Assembly (NCBI GenBank): GCA_050260935.1
Contig: JBLNCU010000180.1
Span: forward strand, 1,854-65,853
Length of the DNA stretch: 64,000 bases
Origin: Bacillota bacterium
GTDB taxonomy: Bacteria > Bacillota > UBA4882 > UBA8346
Direction of reading: 5' to 3'
Shown: positions 47,427-56,928 of the stretch, piece by piece
Layout: every line of letters starts with the position of its first letter
Position numbering within the stretch: position 1 is the stretch's first letter
Notes under the pieces: generated by a model
The model's input: only the letters and a program-made list of their open reading frames with translations
Databases searched by the model: none
Told to the model about the DNA's origin: nothing
Made by a program: the position numbers and the translations under genes

Positions 47427-50109
47427 GAAGTTATTGTTATTGGATGGCTTTAGTTTGGCAAACCGGGCCTTTTTTGCCTTGCCTCCTTTGAAAACCAGCA
47501 CCGGCCAGCCGACCAACGCGGTTTACGGTTTGCTTATGATGCTGTTGAAGCTGCTGGAGACAAAACCCGATTATATTTTGACCGCCTTTGATGTAGCGGC
47601 GCCTACCTTCCGGCACCTGGAATATGAGGCTTATAAAGGCCGGCGTTTAAAGATGGAAGACACTTTGAAGGTTCAGTTTCCGGTGATCAGGGAATTACTG
47701 GCGGTCCTAAAAATACCAATAATTGAAGAAGCTGGTTATGAGGCGGATGACATCATCGGGACCATGGCTAGACTTGCTTCCGGACAGGGAATTGATGTGG
47801 GGATCGTAACCGGCGACCGTGATGCCTTTCAACTGGTGGACTCTAAAGTTACGGTGCTTTATACCAGAAAAGGGATTACCGAGATAGACCGGGTGGACGA
47901 GGAATATGTCCGTAACCGTTACCAGCTCACCCCGGCACAACTGATAGATTTAAAAGCCTTGATGGGCGATGAATCGGATAACATCCCCGGAGTTCCCGGT
48001 TTCGGCGAGAAAACCGCTTTAAAATACTTGTATCAATATCAATCTTTGGACGGTATATACCAAAATCTTGATCAAATCACCAAGGCCAAGGATAAGGAAG
48101 TGCTGCTTCAATATAGGGAACAGGCATATCTTAGCCGGCATCTGGCGGAGATAATCACCGATATCAAGTTGGACTTTGATCCGGCGGTCTGTTGCCAACA
48201 TCAGGAATACTCTAAAGAAAGTTTGATCGAATTCTGCAAGCGCTATGAATTCAATTCCCTAGTTAAGAAGCTCTCCGGCGGGGAGGATCTGGTAGAGGCA
48301 AAACAGTTGCAGCCATTGGCCTTTCAGTACCGGCTGCTGGAAAACGCGGATTTAGAGCCGGTCTCCGCCCTAATCAGGCAGGAAAAAAGCTGTTATCTCC
48401 AGTTTCTTACTTCAATCGCCAATTGGTCGCAAGTTCGTTTATTGGGCTTGGGAATCGGTGATTCCCAGCAGAACTGGTTCTATCCGCTGACCCCTGGTTC
48501 AGCGATACCGGAGCCCATTAGCGGGATATTGGCGGACCCGGCCATCGCCAAATACGGGCATGACCTTAAGAAACAGCTGCAAATAGCTTTAAAGTCCGGA
48601 ATAGCAATCAATGGAGAACTGGAAGATTCATTGATCGCCGGATATTTGGTCAATGCCGGTTTGGGCGGATTGGAATTGGAGGAACTGGGAGCCTCCTACC
48701 TGCAAAGAGCAGTCCCAGCCTGGCAGAATGAGCGGGGCAAGCTGTTTTCAGTCTTTAACCTGCCGGAAAACTTGCCGGTTGATCTATTGGCCAATATTGC
48801 CTGTGGCCGTATAGAGGCCTTGCGCCTCCTGAAGGTCAAATTGCAGGACTTGCTTTCCGCCTCCGGCCTGGAAAAACTTTACCAGGAAGTGGAATTGCCT
48901 TTAATCCGGGTCCTCTTTAATATGGAGAAAGAAGGAGTCAAAGTCGACCCGGAGACTCTGCGGGAATTCGGTAAAATTTTAAAAGATCGCCAGTTGGAAT
49001 TGGAGCAGGAAATTTATTCCCTGGCCGGTGAGGAGTTTAATATCAATTCCCCCAAACAATTAGGGGCGGTTTTATTTGGAAAACTCGGTTTAAAAGCGCC
49101 TAAAAAAACCAAAACCGGTTATTCCACCGATGCCGAGGTGCTGGAGACATTAAGCGATCAGCATCCGGTTATTCTGAAGATATTGGAATACCGGCAGAAC
49201 ACCAAATTGCAGACAACCTATATTGATTCTCTGATTGCCCTGATCAATGTCCAAAGCGGCAGGGTCCATACAACCTTCAATCAGGCGATCACTACAACCG
49301 GCCGTTTAAGCAGCACTGAGCCGAACCTGCAAAATATCCCCATTCGCTCCGAAGAAGGCCGTTACATCAGGCGGGCTTTTTTACCGGGGGATAAAAGTCA
49401 GCGCTTGCTGGCAGCCGATTATTCCCAAATTGAGTTGCGGGTTATGGCCCACTTTTCCCAGGACCCGGCCTTTAAAGAAGCCTTCCTTAAAGGAGAGGAC
49501 ATTCACAAGTTTACCGCGGCCACAGTTTATGGAGTACCGGTGGAGATGGTCACTAAGGAGATGCGCAATTCGGCCAAGGCGGTGAATTTCGGTATAATCT
49601 ACGGCATCAGTGGTTTTGGATTGGCCAAGAATATGGGGGTTTCCCGGAAGGAAGCCGAGGCCTTCATCGAGGCTTATTTTGCCAAATACCCCGGGGTTCA
49701 AGCTTATGTCGAACAATTGATAGCTGAAGCCAAAAAGAGTGGAGAGGCCAAAACATTGTTAGGAAGGATTCGCAAGCTTCCCGATTTAAATTCCCGCAAC
49801 TTTACCCTGCGTTCTTTCGCAGAACGGATGGCCCGCAACACTCCGATTCAAGGCACGGCGGCTGATATCATTAAAAAGGCCATGGTCAATATCATGAAAC
49901 ATTTGACCGCCAAGCCGGAAATGGGTAAAATGTTACTGCAAGTCCATGATGAACTTGTTTTTGAAGTCCCGGAGTCCGGCTGGCGGGAGTTGGCGGCTAT
50001 GGTTAAAACCGAAATGGAGGGAGCGGTAACCCTGACCGTTCCCTTGGTGGTCGATTTGAAATTGGGATTAAACTGGGGTGAAATGTCCCCGGTAAAATTG
50101 GAGGACTGA
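47419..50109 (+). CDS. polA: DNA polymerase I
   Basis: The ATG at 47419 gives MTKKLLLLDGFSLANRAFFA (5' nuclease). Pol motifs DYSQIELRVMAH, RNSAKAVNFGIIYG, QVHDELVFE. Overlaps the preceding gene by 8 nt. Confidence 0.95.
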   Translation: MTKKLLLLDGFSLANRAFFALPPLKTSTGQPTNAVYGLLMMLLKLLETKPDYILTAFDVAAPTFRHLEYEAYKGRRLKMEDTLKVQFPVIRELLAVLKIPIIEEAGYEADDIIGTMARLASGQGIDVGIVTGDRDAFQLVDSKVTVLYTRKGITEIDRVDEEYVRNRYQLTPAQLIDLKALMGDESDNIPGVPGFGEKTALKYLYQYQSLDGIYQNLDQITKAKDKEVLLQYREQAYLSRHLAEIITDIKLDFDPAVCCQHQEYSKESLIEFCKRYEFNSLVKKLSGGEDLVEAKQLQPLAFQYRLLENADLEPVSALIRQEKSCYLQFLTSIANWSQVRLLGLGIGDSQQNWFYPLTPGSAIPEPISGILADPAIAKYGHDLKKQLQIALKSGIAINGELEDSLIAGYLVNAGLGGLELEELGASYLQRAVPAWQNERGKLFSVFNLPENLPVDLLANIACGRIEALRLLKVKLQDLLSASGLEKLYQEVELPLIRVLFNMEKEGVKVDPETLREFGKILKDRQLELEQEIYSLAGEEFNINSPKQLGAVLFGKLGLKAPKKTKTGYSTDAEVLETLSDQHPVILKILEYRQNTKLQTTYIDSLIALINVQSGRVHTTFNQAITTTGRLSSTEPNLQNIPIRSEEGRYIRRAFLPGDKSQRLLAADYSQIELRVMAHFSQDPAFKEAFLKGEDIHKFTAATVYGVPVEMVTKEMRNSAKAVNFGIIYGISGFGLAKNMGVSRKEAEAFIEAYFAKYPGVQAYVEQLIAEAKKSGEAKTLLGRIRKLPDLNSRNFTLRSFAERMARNTPIQGTAADIIKKAMVNIMKHLTAKPEMGKMLLQVHDELVFEVPESGWRELAAMVKTEMEGAVTLTVPLVVDLKLGLNWGEMSPVKLED

Positions 50110-50112
50110 AAA

Positions 50113-50931
50113 TTGCCTGAGTTACCCGAGGTGGAAACGATACGTTTGACCCTCAAGCCGAAAATACAGGATCGAACAATTGTCGCAGCTGAAATAATCC
50201 TCCCCAAATTGATTCAAGATATGACGGTTGAAGAATTTAGAGCTCAAATCCGCCAAAAAAAGATAGTTGGGATCGAACGGCGCGGCAAATACTTGCTGAT
50301 TAAACTCTCCGCCGATCTGGTACTAGCGTTTCATCTCCGGATGACCGGTCAACTGATTGTCGAACCGGCAGAAGCTACTTCGGCCAAGGCAACTTATTTA
50401 CGGTTTTTATTGGACGACGGGAAGGAACTTCGCTACCGGGACCAGCGTAAATTTGGCCGGGTATTCTTATTTGCAGCCGGAAATGCGCCGCTTAGCTTAA
50501 GAAAACTAGGCCCGGAGCCATTGGGAACTGAATTTAACGCGGCGGTTTTAAAGCAGCGATTTTCCGGTTGTAAAATGGCTGTCAAAAAAGCCCTGCTCGA
50601 TCAGGAGATTATTGCCGGAATCGGCAATATCTATGCCGATGAGGCCTTGTTTTTAGCCGGAATTCATCCGGCCCGCCCGGTTCCTTCGTTAACGGATGAT
50701 GAATACCAACAATTATACCAGGCGATCCGCCAGGTGCTAACGGAGGGAATCGCCTACCGGGGCACCACCAAGCGCGACTACAGAGACGGCGAGGGGAACC
50801 CCGGCTCTTACCAGGATCATCTGAGGGTATATGGCCGGAAAGGTTTGACTTGCGAGAGATGCCATAGTACGATTGTAAAAATGAATTTTGCCGGCCGGGG
50901 CACTCATTTTTGCCCGTTGTGCCAGAAATAA
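50113..50931 (+). CDS. mutM: Formamidopyrimidine-DNA glycosylase
   Basis: TTG start giving MPELPEVE. H2TH region. C-terminal zinc finger CERCHSTIVKMNFAGRGTHFCPLCQ. Confidence 0.92.
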   Translation: MPELPEVETIRLTLKPKIQDRTIVAAEIILPKLIQDMTVEEFRAQIRQKKIVGIERRGKYLLIKLSADLVLAFHLRMTGQLIVEPAEATSAKATYLRFLLDDGKELRYRDQRKFGRVFLFAAGNAPLSLRKLGPEPLGTEFNAAVLKQRFSGCKMAVKKALLDQEIIAGIGNIYADEALFLAGIHPARPVPSLTDDEYQQLYQAIRQVLTEGIAYRGTTKRDYRDGEGNPGSYQDHLRVYGRKGLTCERCHSTIVKMNFAGRGTHFCPLCQK

Positions 50932-50953
50932 AGATTTTGAGGAGTGACCGACT

Positions 50954-51556
50954 ATCCTAAAAATAGGCTTAACGGGCGGGATTGCCTGTGGGAAGTCAAG
51001 CGTGATCGAGATTTTAAAAAACAAAGGAATCAAAGTCATCAACGCGGATGATTTGGCGCACCAAGCCTATGAACCGGGCAATCCGGCTTTCAATAAGATC
51101 CTGGCGGAATTTGGCCGGGATTTTTTGGGGGAGAACGGCCAAATCGACCGTAAAAAGTTAGCCCGGCTAGTGTTTACCGATGATAAGGCCCGGGCCCGGT
51201 TGGAGCGAATAGTTCATCCGGTAGTCTTGGACGCCTTGAAAGACCGGTTGAAATATTGGGCCGGGCGGGGCGAAAAGCTGGTTGTCGTGGAAATACAGCT
51301 CCTCTATGAAGTCGGTTGGGAGTCTTTATTTGATCAAATCTGGGTGGTCACCGCCCCCGAAGCCGAACAATTGCAAAGGTTAAAAAGCAGGGATCAACTT
51401 TCGGAAGAAAACGCCGTTTCCCGTATCAAAGCTCAATTGCCTTTAAATTATAAAGAAAAAAAGGCGGATGTGGTAATTAATAATTGCCAAGGACTAACCG
51501 ATCTAAAAAAACAAGTCGAGCGGTTGTTGGCCGGAATGCTCGATTCCATCCGGTAA
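50954..51556 (+). CDS. coaE: Dephospho-CoA kinase, probable AUC start
   Basis: The P-loop GLTGGIACGKS lies upstream of the first canonical start (GTG 51002). The in-frame stretch back to stop TGA 50945..50947 has no ATG/GTG/TTG. ATC 50954 lies 9 nt after GAGGAG and gives (M)LKIGLTGG. Confidence 0.8.
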   Translation: MLKIGLTGGIACGKSSVIEILKNKGIKVINADDLAHQAYEPGNPAFNKILAEFGRDFLGENGQIDRKKLARLVFTDDKARARLERIVHPVVLDALKDRLKYWAGRGEKLVVVEIQLLYEVGWESLFDQIWVVTAPEAEQLQRLKSRDQLSEENAVSRIKAQLPLNYKEKKADVVINNCQGLTDLKKQVERLLAGMLDSIR

Positions 51557-51631
51557 TGTTAAACTCTGGTCTAATTAAGATTCTCTTTTCATAAAAGACT
51601 ATAGCCGAAAAAGTGGAGTGGATGACGACCT

Positions 51632-52180
51632 GTGAAATACCGGGGCTTGATTATTCTATTAATATTTTCAATCATTATCTGGCACAAGCCTATCTTGAGA
51701 ATATATTTTGTAATGGATTATGCGGATAAAATCACCGCTTTCAGCAGGGCAAACGGGGTGAGCTCAGCTACTGTCAGCGCCATCGTCTTCACCGAAAGCC
51801 GTTTTAACGCCGCCGCCAAGTCCAGAAAAGGGGCTTTGGGTTTAATGCAGATTATGCCCAGCACCGGGGAGTGGGTCGCCGATAAACTGGCTTGGCCGAA
51901 ATTTACGGTCGAAGATTTGCTTGATCCCGATAAAAATTTAACGGTCGGTATTTGGTACCTGGCCTACTTGAAACGGAGCTTTAACCAAAATGAGTATCTG
52001 GCGTTGGCTTCTTACAACGCCGGCCTCAAATATGTTTTGCAGTGGCTTGATGAAGGGACTTGGGACGGCGATAAGGTTAAGGTTGAACAGATACCTTTTC
52101 CGGAGACGAAAAAATATGTTATCCGGATTTTAGTTTTACGAAAGATTTACCGGTACCTTTACCCGGATTTGTTAACTTGA
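51632..52180 (+). CDS. Lytic transglycosylase (SLT domain) protein
   Basis: N-terminal TM segment. Catalytic region VFTESRFNAAAKSRKGALGLMQIMPSTG, AYNAG. Confidence 0.8.
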   Translation: MKYRGLIILLIFSIIIWHKPILRIYFVMDYADKITAFSRANGVSSATVSAIVFTESRFNAAAKSRKGALGLMQIMPSTGEWVADKLAWPKFTVEDLLDPDKNLTVGIWYLAYLKRSFNQNEYLALASYNAGLKYVLQWLDEGTWDGDKVKVEQIPFPETKKYVIRILVLRKIYRYLYPDLLT

Positions 52181-52328
52181 TGTTTTATTTTTTATAATAA
52201 GACTAAACCTTTTTGAAAATATTCCGATAACTAGATCAGGATAATTATTGGCCAAAAAGAATGCCGGATTTTAACAAAAATAAACCCATTAAAAAGACTC
52301 TTAATTTTTACTGGAACTGAATGGGGGA

Positions 52329-52760
52329 ATGTTGATGTTGAAATTGGCGTCAATGATGAAGGAAGATTTGGAGTTGCTTTACGCGCGGGCTAATGGTTAT
52401 TTAGCCAATGGCTCCCCGGGAATGGCTGAAAACTTATATAATAAAATTCTTAGTTTGGGGGAGACCGGAGCGGCCATCGACCCCGAAACCGAGGCCGATG
52501 TTCTTCACAACTTGGGGATGATCGCCGAGGAAAGGTTAAATTTCGATCTGGCTATCGACTACTACCAAAAGGCGGTTACCCTTAATAAACAGCGCAGCAT
52601 GACCTGGTTATTTCTGGCCAAATTACTCTTGAACCGGTTTGAACGCCTTCAAAGCAAGTTGGATTTGAAAGCCGGGTTGGAGGCTGTTGCTCAAGCTGAA
52701 GCCAACAATTCTCATTATCCCGTCATTAGGCTTTTAAAAGAAAAATATAAGCCATCATAA
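52329..52760 (+). CDS. TPR repeat protein
   Basis: 143 aa with TPR-like repeats (AENLYNKIL..., HNLGMIAEERLNFDLAIDYYQKAVTLN). Confidence 0.5.
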   Translation: MLMLKLASMMKEDLELLYARANGYLANGSPGMAENLYNKILSLGETGAAIDPETEADVLHNLGMIAEERLNFDLAIDYYQKAVTLNKQRSMTWLFLAKLLLNRFERLQSKLDLKAGLEAVAQAEANNSHYPVIRLLKEKYKPS

Positions 52761-52776
52761 AAAAGACCCGAAAAAC

Positions 52777-52811
52777 TCCGGCCGGGACTCCCTCACCGGC
52801 CGGAATTTTTT
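52777..52811 (+). terminator. Rho-independent terminator
   Basis: TCCGGCCGG-10 nt-CCGGCCGGA followed by ATTTTTT. Confidence 0.7.
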
Positions 52812-52812
52812 A

Positions 52813-52841
52813 TTTGCAGCGTTTTGGCTGAATGTTATAAT
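52813..52841 (+). promoter_or_regulatory. Candidate promoter (extended -10) upstream of rimO
   Basis: TTTGCA, 17 nt spacer (TG of the extended -10 inside it), TATAAT. A second extended -10, TGGTATAAT, lies at 52916..52924. Confidence 0.4.
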
Positions 52842-52962
52842 ACCATTGGGCATCCGGGGATATTTAAAGCCGGCCGGTTTACCAAATAAGGGTTACTATA
52901 TGTTTTTACACTGCTTGGTATAATAGATTTGGCGCGTAATATGTTGTTTTTCGGAGGCTTCG

Positions 52963-54291
52963 ATGAGTACATTGGCGGTTGTTTCTTTGGGTTGCGCTAA
53001 AAACCTGGTGGACACGGAGATCATGCTGGGGCAGCTCCATCAGTCAGGTTGGGAGTTGACTGAGGATTTTTCCAAAGCTGAGATGATTTTGGTCAATACT
53101 TGCGGGTTTATCCAAACCGCCAAAGAGGAATCGATCAATCATATTCTAGCAATGGCCGAATATAAAAAACCCGGCGTCGGCAGATGCCGAAAGTTGGTTG
53201 TCGCCGGTTGTCTGGTTCAAAGGCACCTTTCGGAACTGGTCCCGGAAATCCCCGAGGTCGATAACTGGATTGGCTTAGGGGAGATCGGCCGAATCTCCCA
53301 ATTGATTAATCAGGAGCAATCCGGTGCTTTCCAGGGGAAACCCCGGGAAGAACCCTTTCTGAACAACGAAAACCTCCCCCGTTATCAAGTCACCTTGAAA
53401 CATACTGCTTATGTAAAAATCGCCGAAGGGTGCAACCACTGTTGCTCGTACTGTGCGATCCCTATTATTAAAGGGAAATTTCGTAGCCGTAGTTTGGAAT
53501 CGCTTCTGGCGGAGATTAAAAGCCTTGTGGAAAGGGGGGTGGCCGAGATTAATTTAATAGCGCAAGACATTACCAAATATGGTTCTGATTTAAACCCCCG
53601 GATTAATTTACGGATTTTGCTCGAAGAAATTATGGACAAGGCCAACCCCCCCTGGATTAGGCTTTTATATGCTTATCCCAGCGGAATTGATCATGATTTG
53701 CTCCAGTTGATGGCCGACAATTCAAGTATCTGTAAATATTTAGATCTGCCATTGCAGCATATTAACTCCAGAATCTTAAAATTAATGAACCGTCCGGAAT
53801 CCTCAGCCGATATTGAGGAAAAAATAAGAATGATCAGGGAGACCGTTCCCGGGATAGCGCTCCGGACTACCTTTCTAGTAGGCTTTCCTTCGGAAACCGA
53901 AGCGGAGTTCGAAGAATTGCTGGGTTTTGTAGAAGCGGGGCACTTTGATCATGCCGGAGTCTTCGCCTATAGCCGGGAGGAGGGGACCAGGGCCTACGGT
54001 ATTGAACCGCAGATTGAAGAGGCGGTAAAAGAAGAACGCCGTCATAAACTACTGGCCGCGCAGAAAAAAGTTTCCGCGCGGTATCTTGCCGGACAAATCC
54101 ATCAGGAGCAATTGATCTTGGTTGACAGCATTTTACCGGACCGAACCGGCGTTGGCCGGACCCAGGGGTTAGCCCCGGAAGTGGACGGAGTTGTCTACCT
54201 CCGGAATTACCAGGGGCCGTCGGGTAGATTTACTAAAGGGTTAATCAACGGTAGTGACGAATATAATTTATTCGCGGAAGAAATCTTCTAA
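52963..54291 (+). CDS. rimO: Ribosomal protein S12 methylthiotransferase RimO
   Basis: UPF0004 N-domain VSLGCAKNLVDTE...NTCGF, radical SAM CNHCCSYCAIP, and a TRAM C-terminus. Confidence 0.88.
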   Translation: MSTLAVVSLGCAKNLVDTEIMLGQLHQSGWELTEDFSKAEMILVNTCGFIQTAKEESINHILAMAEYKKPGVGRCRKLVVAGCLVQRHLSELVPEIPEVDNWIGLGEIGRISQLINQEQSGAFQGKPREEPFLNNENLPRYQVTLKHTAYVKIAEGCNHCCSYCAIPIIKGKFRSRSLESLLAEIKSLVERGVAEINLIAQDITKYGSDLNPRINLRILLEEIMDKANPPWIRLLYAYPSGIDHDLLQLMADNSSICKYLDLPLQHINSRILKLMNRPESSADIEEKIRMIRETVPGIALRTTFLVGFPSETEAEFEELLGFVEAGHFDHAGVFAYSREEGTRAYGIEPQIEEAVKEERRHKLLAAQKKVSARYLAGQIHQEQLILVDSILPDRTGVGRTQGLAPEVDGVVYLRNYQGPSGRFTKGLINGSDEYNLFAEEIF

Positions 54292-54361
54292 TATTCTTCT
54301 ATTAGCGACAGGAATTTCGGAAAAAGTGCCGAATCGTTGGAATATCTGGAGGAAGATTGTT

Positions 54362-54916
54362 ATGAACCTCGCTAATTGGATCACCGCCTTAAGAATTATC
54401 CTGGCCCTTGTTTGTGTGGGGATCCTTTTTTGGGACATCCCCGGCCGGGATTTATTGGCTGCCCTTATATTTATCGTAGCCGGTCTAACCGACGGACTGG
54501 ATGGCTATGCCGCCAGGGTGCGAAAAGAGGTAACTCCGTTTGGAAAATCGTTTGACCCTTTAGCGGACAAGGTATTGATCATAATAACCTTGTTGGTTCT
54601 GGCCAATATGCAGCGTGTTCCCTGGCTGGCGGTTTGGATTATAATTTCCCGTGAGATTTTAATCACGGTATTACGGTATTTCGCCGGGAAAAAGGGTTTG
54701 GAAGTGGCCGCCAGTCCTTGGGGCAAGTTAAAAACCGTCTCCCAGATTGTAGCCATCGCCATCATTATGGTTGATAAGATCTGGCAGATTACCTTCAGCG
54801 TTCAGATTTTATGGCTGGCGGTATTGCTGACAATCTGGTCGGGAATTGACTATTTCTGGCGTTGGCGCACTGTTTTCTGGAGTTCAAAATCAAAAGACCT
54901 GATGATAAAGTCATAA
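54362..54916 (+). CDS. pgsA: CDP-diacylglycerol--glycerol-3-phosphate 3-phosphatidyltransferase
   Basis: The ATG at 54362 gives MNLANWITALRI. CDP-alcohol motif DGLDGYAARVRKEVTPFGKSFDPLADK. Confidence 0.9.
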   Translation: MNLANWITALRIILALVCVGILFWDIPGRDLLAALIFIVAGLTDGLDGYAARVRKEVTPFGKSFDPLADKVLIIITLLVLANMQRVPWLAVWIIISREILITVLRYFAGKKGLEVAASPWGKLKTVSQIVAIAIIMVDKIWQITFSVQILWLAVLLTIWSGIDYFWRWRTVFWSSKSKDLMIKS

Positions 54917-54918
54917 AT

Positions 54919-56232
54919 CTAAAGCAGGTTATTAGTTATTGATTTTTTTCGCTCTAAAGCCAGTTCCTGTAATGATTCGACTAATAGATCAATCTCGGAA
55001 TGTTTATTATAGCATCCAAAGCTGATCCGGACCATACCTGGGGATATGGACCGGGGGTTTTCAAGGATGCTTTTTTGATAAACTCTCATTTCCGATGGGC
55101 GTAACTCCAGCAAGCTTTGAACGTACCCGCGGGCGCAGAAGCAACCGTTCCGTACCCCGATTCCTTTGGCATCCGCCAAATATTGAGCCACCTCATCATG
55201 GCCCACTCCTTTGACGTTGAAGCTAACCACGCCCACCCTCCCTAGTCTGTTTCTGTTATAAATTGTTACCTCTGGAATCGCTTCCAGTTTATCCAGAGTA
55301 TATTGTAAAAGACTGTTTTCATGTTCGATAATCCCTTCCCAGCCGAGACCGGTTATAATCTTAACCGCTTCGGCTATTGCCGAAGCCCCGATAATGTTCG
55401 GAGAACCGGCTTCTTCCGCCTCAGGCGGCTCCGCCCAGATTATTCCGGCCGGTCCTATCCCCCGTATCGTTCCCCCACCCGCTTGGCTGGGGGGTTTTTT
55501 ACTGAATATTTCCCGGGGCCCGATTAAAACCCCCGTTCCGAAAGGAGCATACATTTTATGGCCGGAAAAGGCCAGAAAATCGAGGTGGCGGGGGTCCGAA
55601 GCCGGATAAAGCATGACCGGGCGATGAGGAATCAACTGCGCTCCATCAACCAAGATTTTGGCTCCGGCTTGATGGGCCATTTCCGCCAAGGTATATATGG
55701 GCGGGGTATAACCGGTAACATTGGAGGCGCCGCTTATAGCCAGCAGTTTGATCTTCCCTCGGTTCAACCGGAGGAATTTTTCCAGTTGTTCCAGGTCCAA
55801 GCCATCGTTTTCCAACCCCACACAAAAGGTTCGCCCTTTCAACCAGGGAAGCTCGTTGGAATGGTGTTCGATTTTACTGAAAACCACGATTTCGCCGGGG
55901 AGAATATCTAAATAGTGGCTTACTTTATTAATGGAATCTGTGGTGTTTTTGGTGAAAATAACGGCGTCATGTTCGAGATCGGCTTTGACGAAATCAGCGG
56001 TTATCCACCGGGCTTCCTCGTATTTATCCGTACAGTAGCGCGACTTGTAGCCGGCGCCACGGTGAACGCTGGAATACCATCCGGCCAGCTCTAAAATTTG
56101 CTCCATAACCCCCTTAAACGGCGGAGTGCTGGCCGCGTTGTCCAGATTGATATATGGTTTTAAACCGTTGGAGGTGGGCGCTTCCTTTTCACAACCATAA
56201 ATAAGATCAGCGAAATCCATCCATCCCGTCAC
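54919..56232 (-). CDS. Class V aminotransferase-fold PLP enzyme (cysteine desulfurase-like)
   Basis: 437 aa. PLP lysine motif FSGHKMYAPFGTGVL and SGASNVTG. The exact start (GTG 56232 versus ATG 56220) is uncertain. Confidence 0.8.
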   Translation of the reverse strand: MTGWMDFADLIYGCEKEAPTSNGLKPYINLDNAASTPPFKGVMEQILELAGWYSSVHRGAGYKSRYCTDKYEEARWITADFVKADLEHDAVIFTKNTTDSINKVSHYLDILPGEIVVFSKIEHHSNELPWLKGRTFCVGLENDGLDLEQLEKFLRLNRGKIKLLAISGASNVTGYTPPIYTLAEMAHQAGAKILVDGAQLIPHRPVMLYPASDPRHLDFLAFSGHKMYAPFGTGVLIGPREIFSKKPPSQAGGGTIRGIGPAGIIWAEPPEAEEAGSPNIIGASAIAEAVKIITGLGWEGIIEHENSLLQYTLDKLEAIPEVTIYNRNRLGRVGVVSFNVKGVGHDEVAQYLADAKGIGVRNGCFCARGYVQSLLELRPSEMRVYQKSILENPRSISPGMVRISFGCYNKHSEIDLLVESLQELALERKKSITNNLL

Positions 56233-56476
56233 CTCTCTCCATTCTATGAGAAGCCGGGACTATTGGCTACTTTTTATAGTTTGCCGCAGGTTTAGCCTAA
56301 AGAGTCTTTGAATCAAAGCTAAAAAAGGAAGATTCAGTTCGATTTGCTTCCGGAACCCATTTGCCCGATTTGGCACAGTTGGTATGAAACTTGAAATATT
56401 CCCAGACATTTTGAGGTTTTATCCGCATGTAGCTGGGTAAATTAAAACCAGCACTCTATGAAGGGGGGGAAAATTA

Positions 56477-56812
56477 ATGGGTACTGGACAAAGAAGTAAT
56501 AATTACGTTGTCAAAGAAGCCTCTAAAGCGCTTCACAACATGAAGTATGAGATGGCTAAAGACTTGGCAGCAGCCAACATTATCGATACATCGCCTATTC
56601 AAGGCGATTATTGGGGTTACATGACGGCAAGAGATTGCGGCCATGTAGGAGGCCAAATGGTTAAGAATATGATTGATGCTGCCGAGCGTTCCCTGGCGGA
56701 ACAGGCTTTGGCCAATGTCCAAACCGGTTTTCAAGCCGGTCTCAGCTCAAAAAACGATACCGTTCAGAGTATCTCCAATTTCAATCTCAACAGCTTAAAT
56801 CAGAAATACTAA
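56477..56812 (+). CDS. Alpha/beta-type small acid-soluble spore protein with C-terminal extension
   Basis: Core KYEMAKDL...GYMTARDCGHVGGQMVKNMIDAAE matches the alpha/beta SASP helix-turn-helix pattern (..T.R.NG.VGGE..K.L). 111 aa. Confidence 0.8.
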   Translation: MGTGQRSNNYVVKEASKALHNMKYEMAKDLAAANIIDTSPIQGDYWGYMTARDCGHVGGQMVKNMIDAAERSLAEQALANVQTGFQAGLSSKNDTVQSISNFNLNSLNQKY

Positions 56813-56818
56813 TACTTA

Positions 56819-56843
56819 AGGGGCGGGGTTTCCCGCCCTTTTT
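56819..56843 (+). terminator. Rho-independent terminator after the SASP gene
   Basis: GGGCGGG-gttt-CCCGCCC followed by TTTTT. Confidence 0.75.
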
Positions 56844-56928
56844 CAGTTTTATTGGAAAATACCTCTGATTTGCAGGAATTCGGAAAACAAAAAGCGAAAA
56901 CTATGGGGAAAAAATTGGAGGTATGGTT

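Noticed and set aside
54914-54921. Convergent pgsA and aminotransferase stop codons only 2 nt apart with no terminator.
   Set aside because: The observation is real, but tight convergent packing is common in compact genomes and there is nothing further to test from sequence.
56400-56476. Forespore (sigma-G/F) promoter for the SASP gene: GCATG ... CACTCTAT.
   Set aside because: The -10-like CACTCTAT fits the sigma-G pattern. The only GHATR-like -35 is 22 nt away instead of 17-18, so I cannot support a call.
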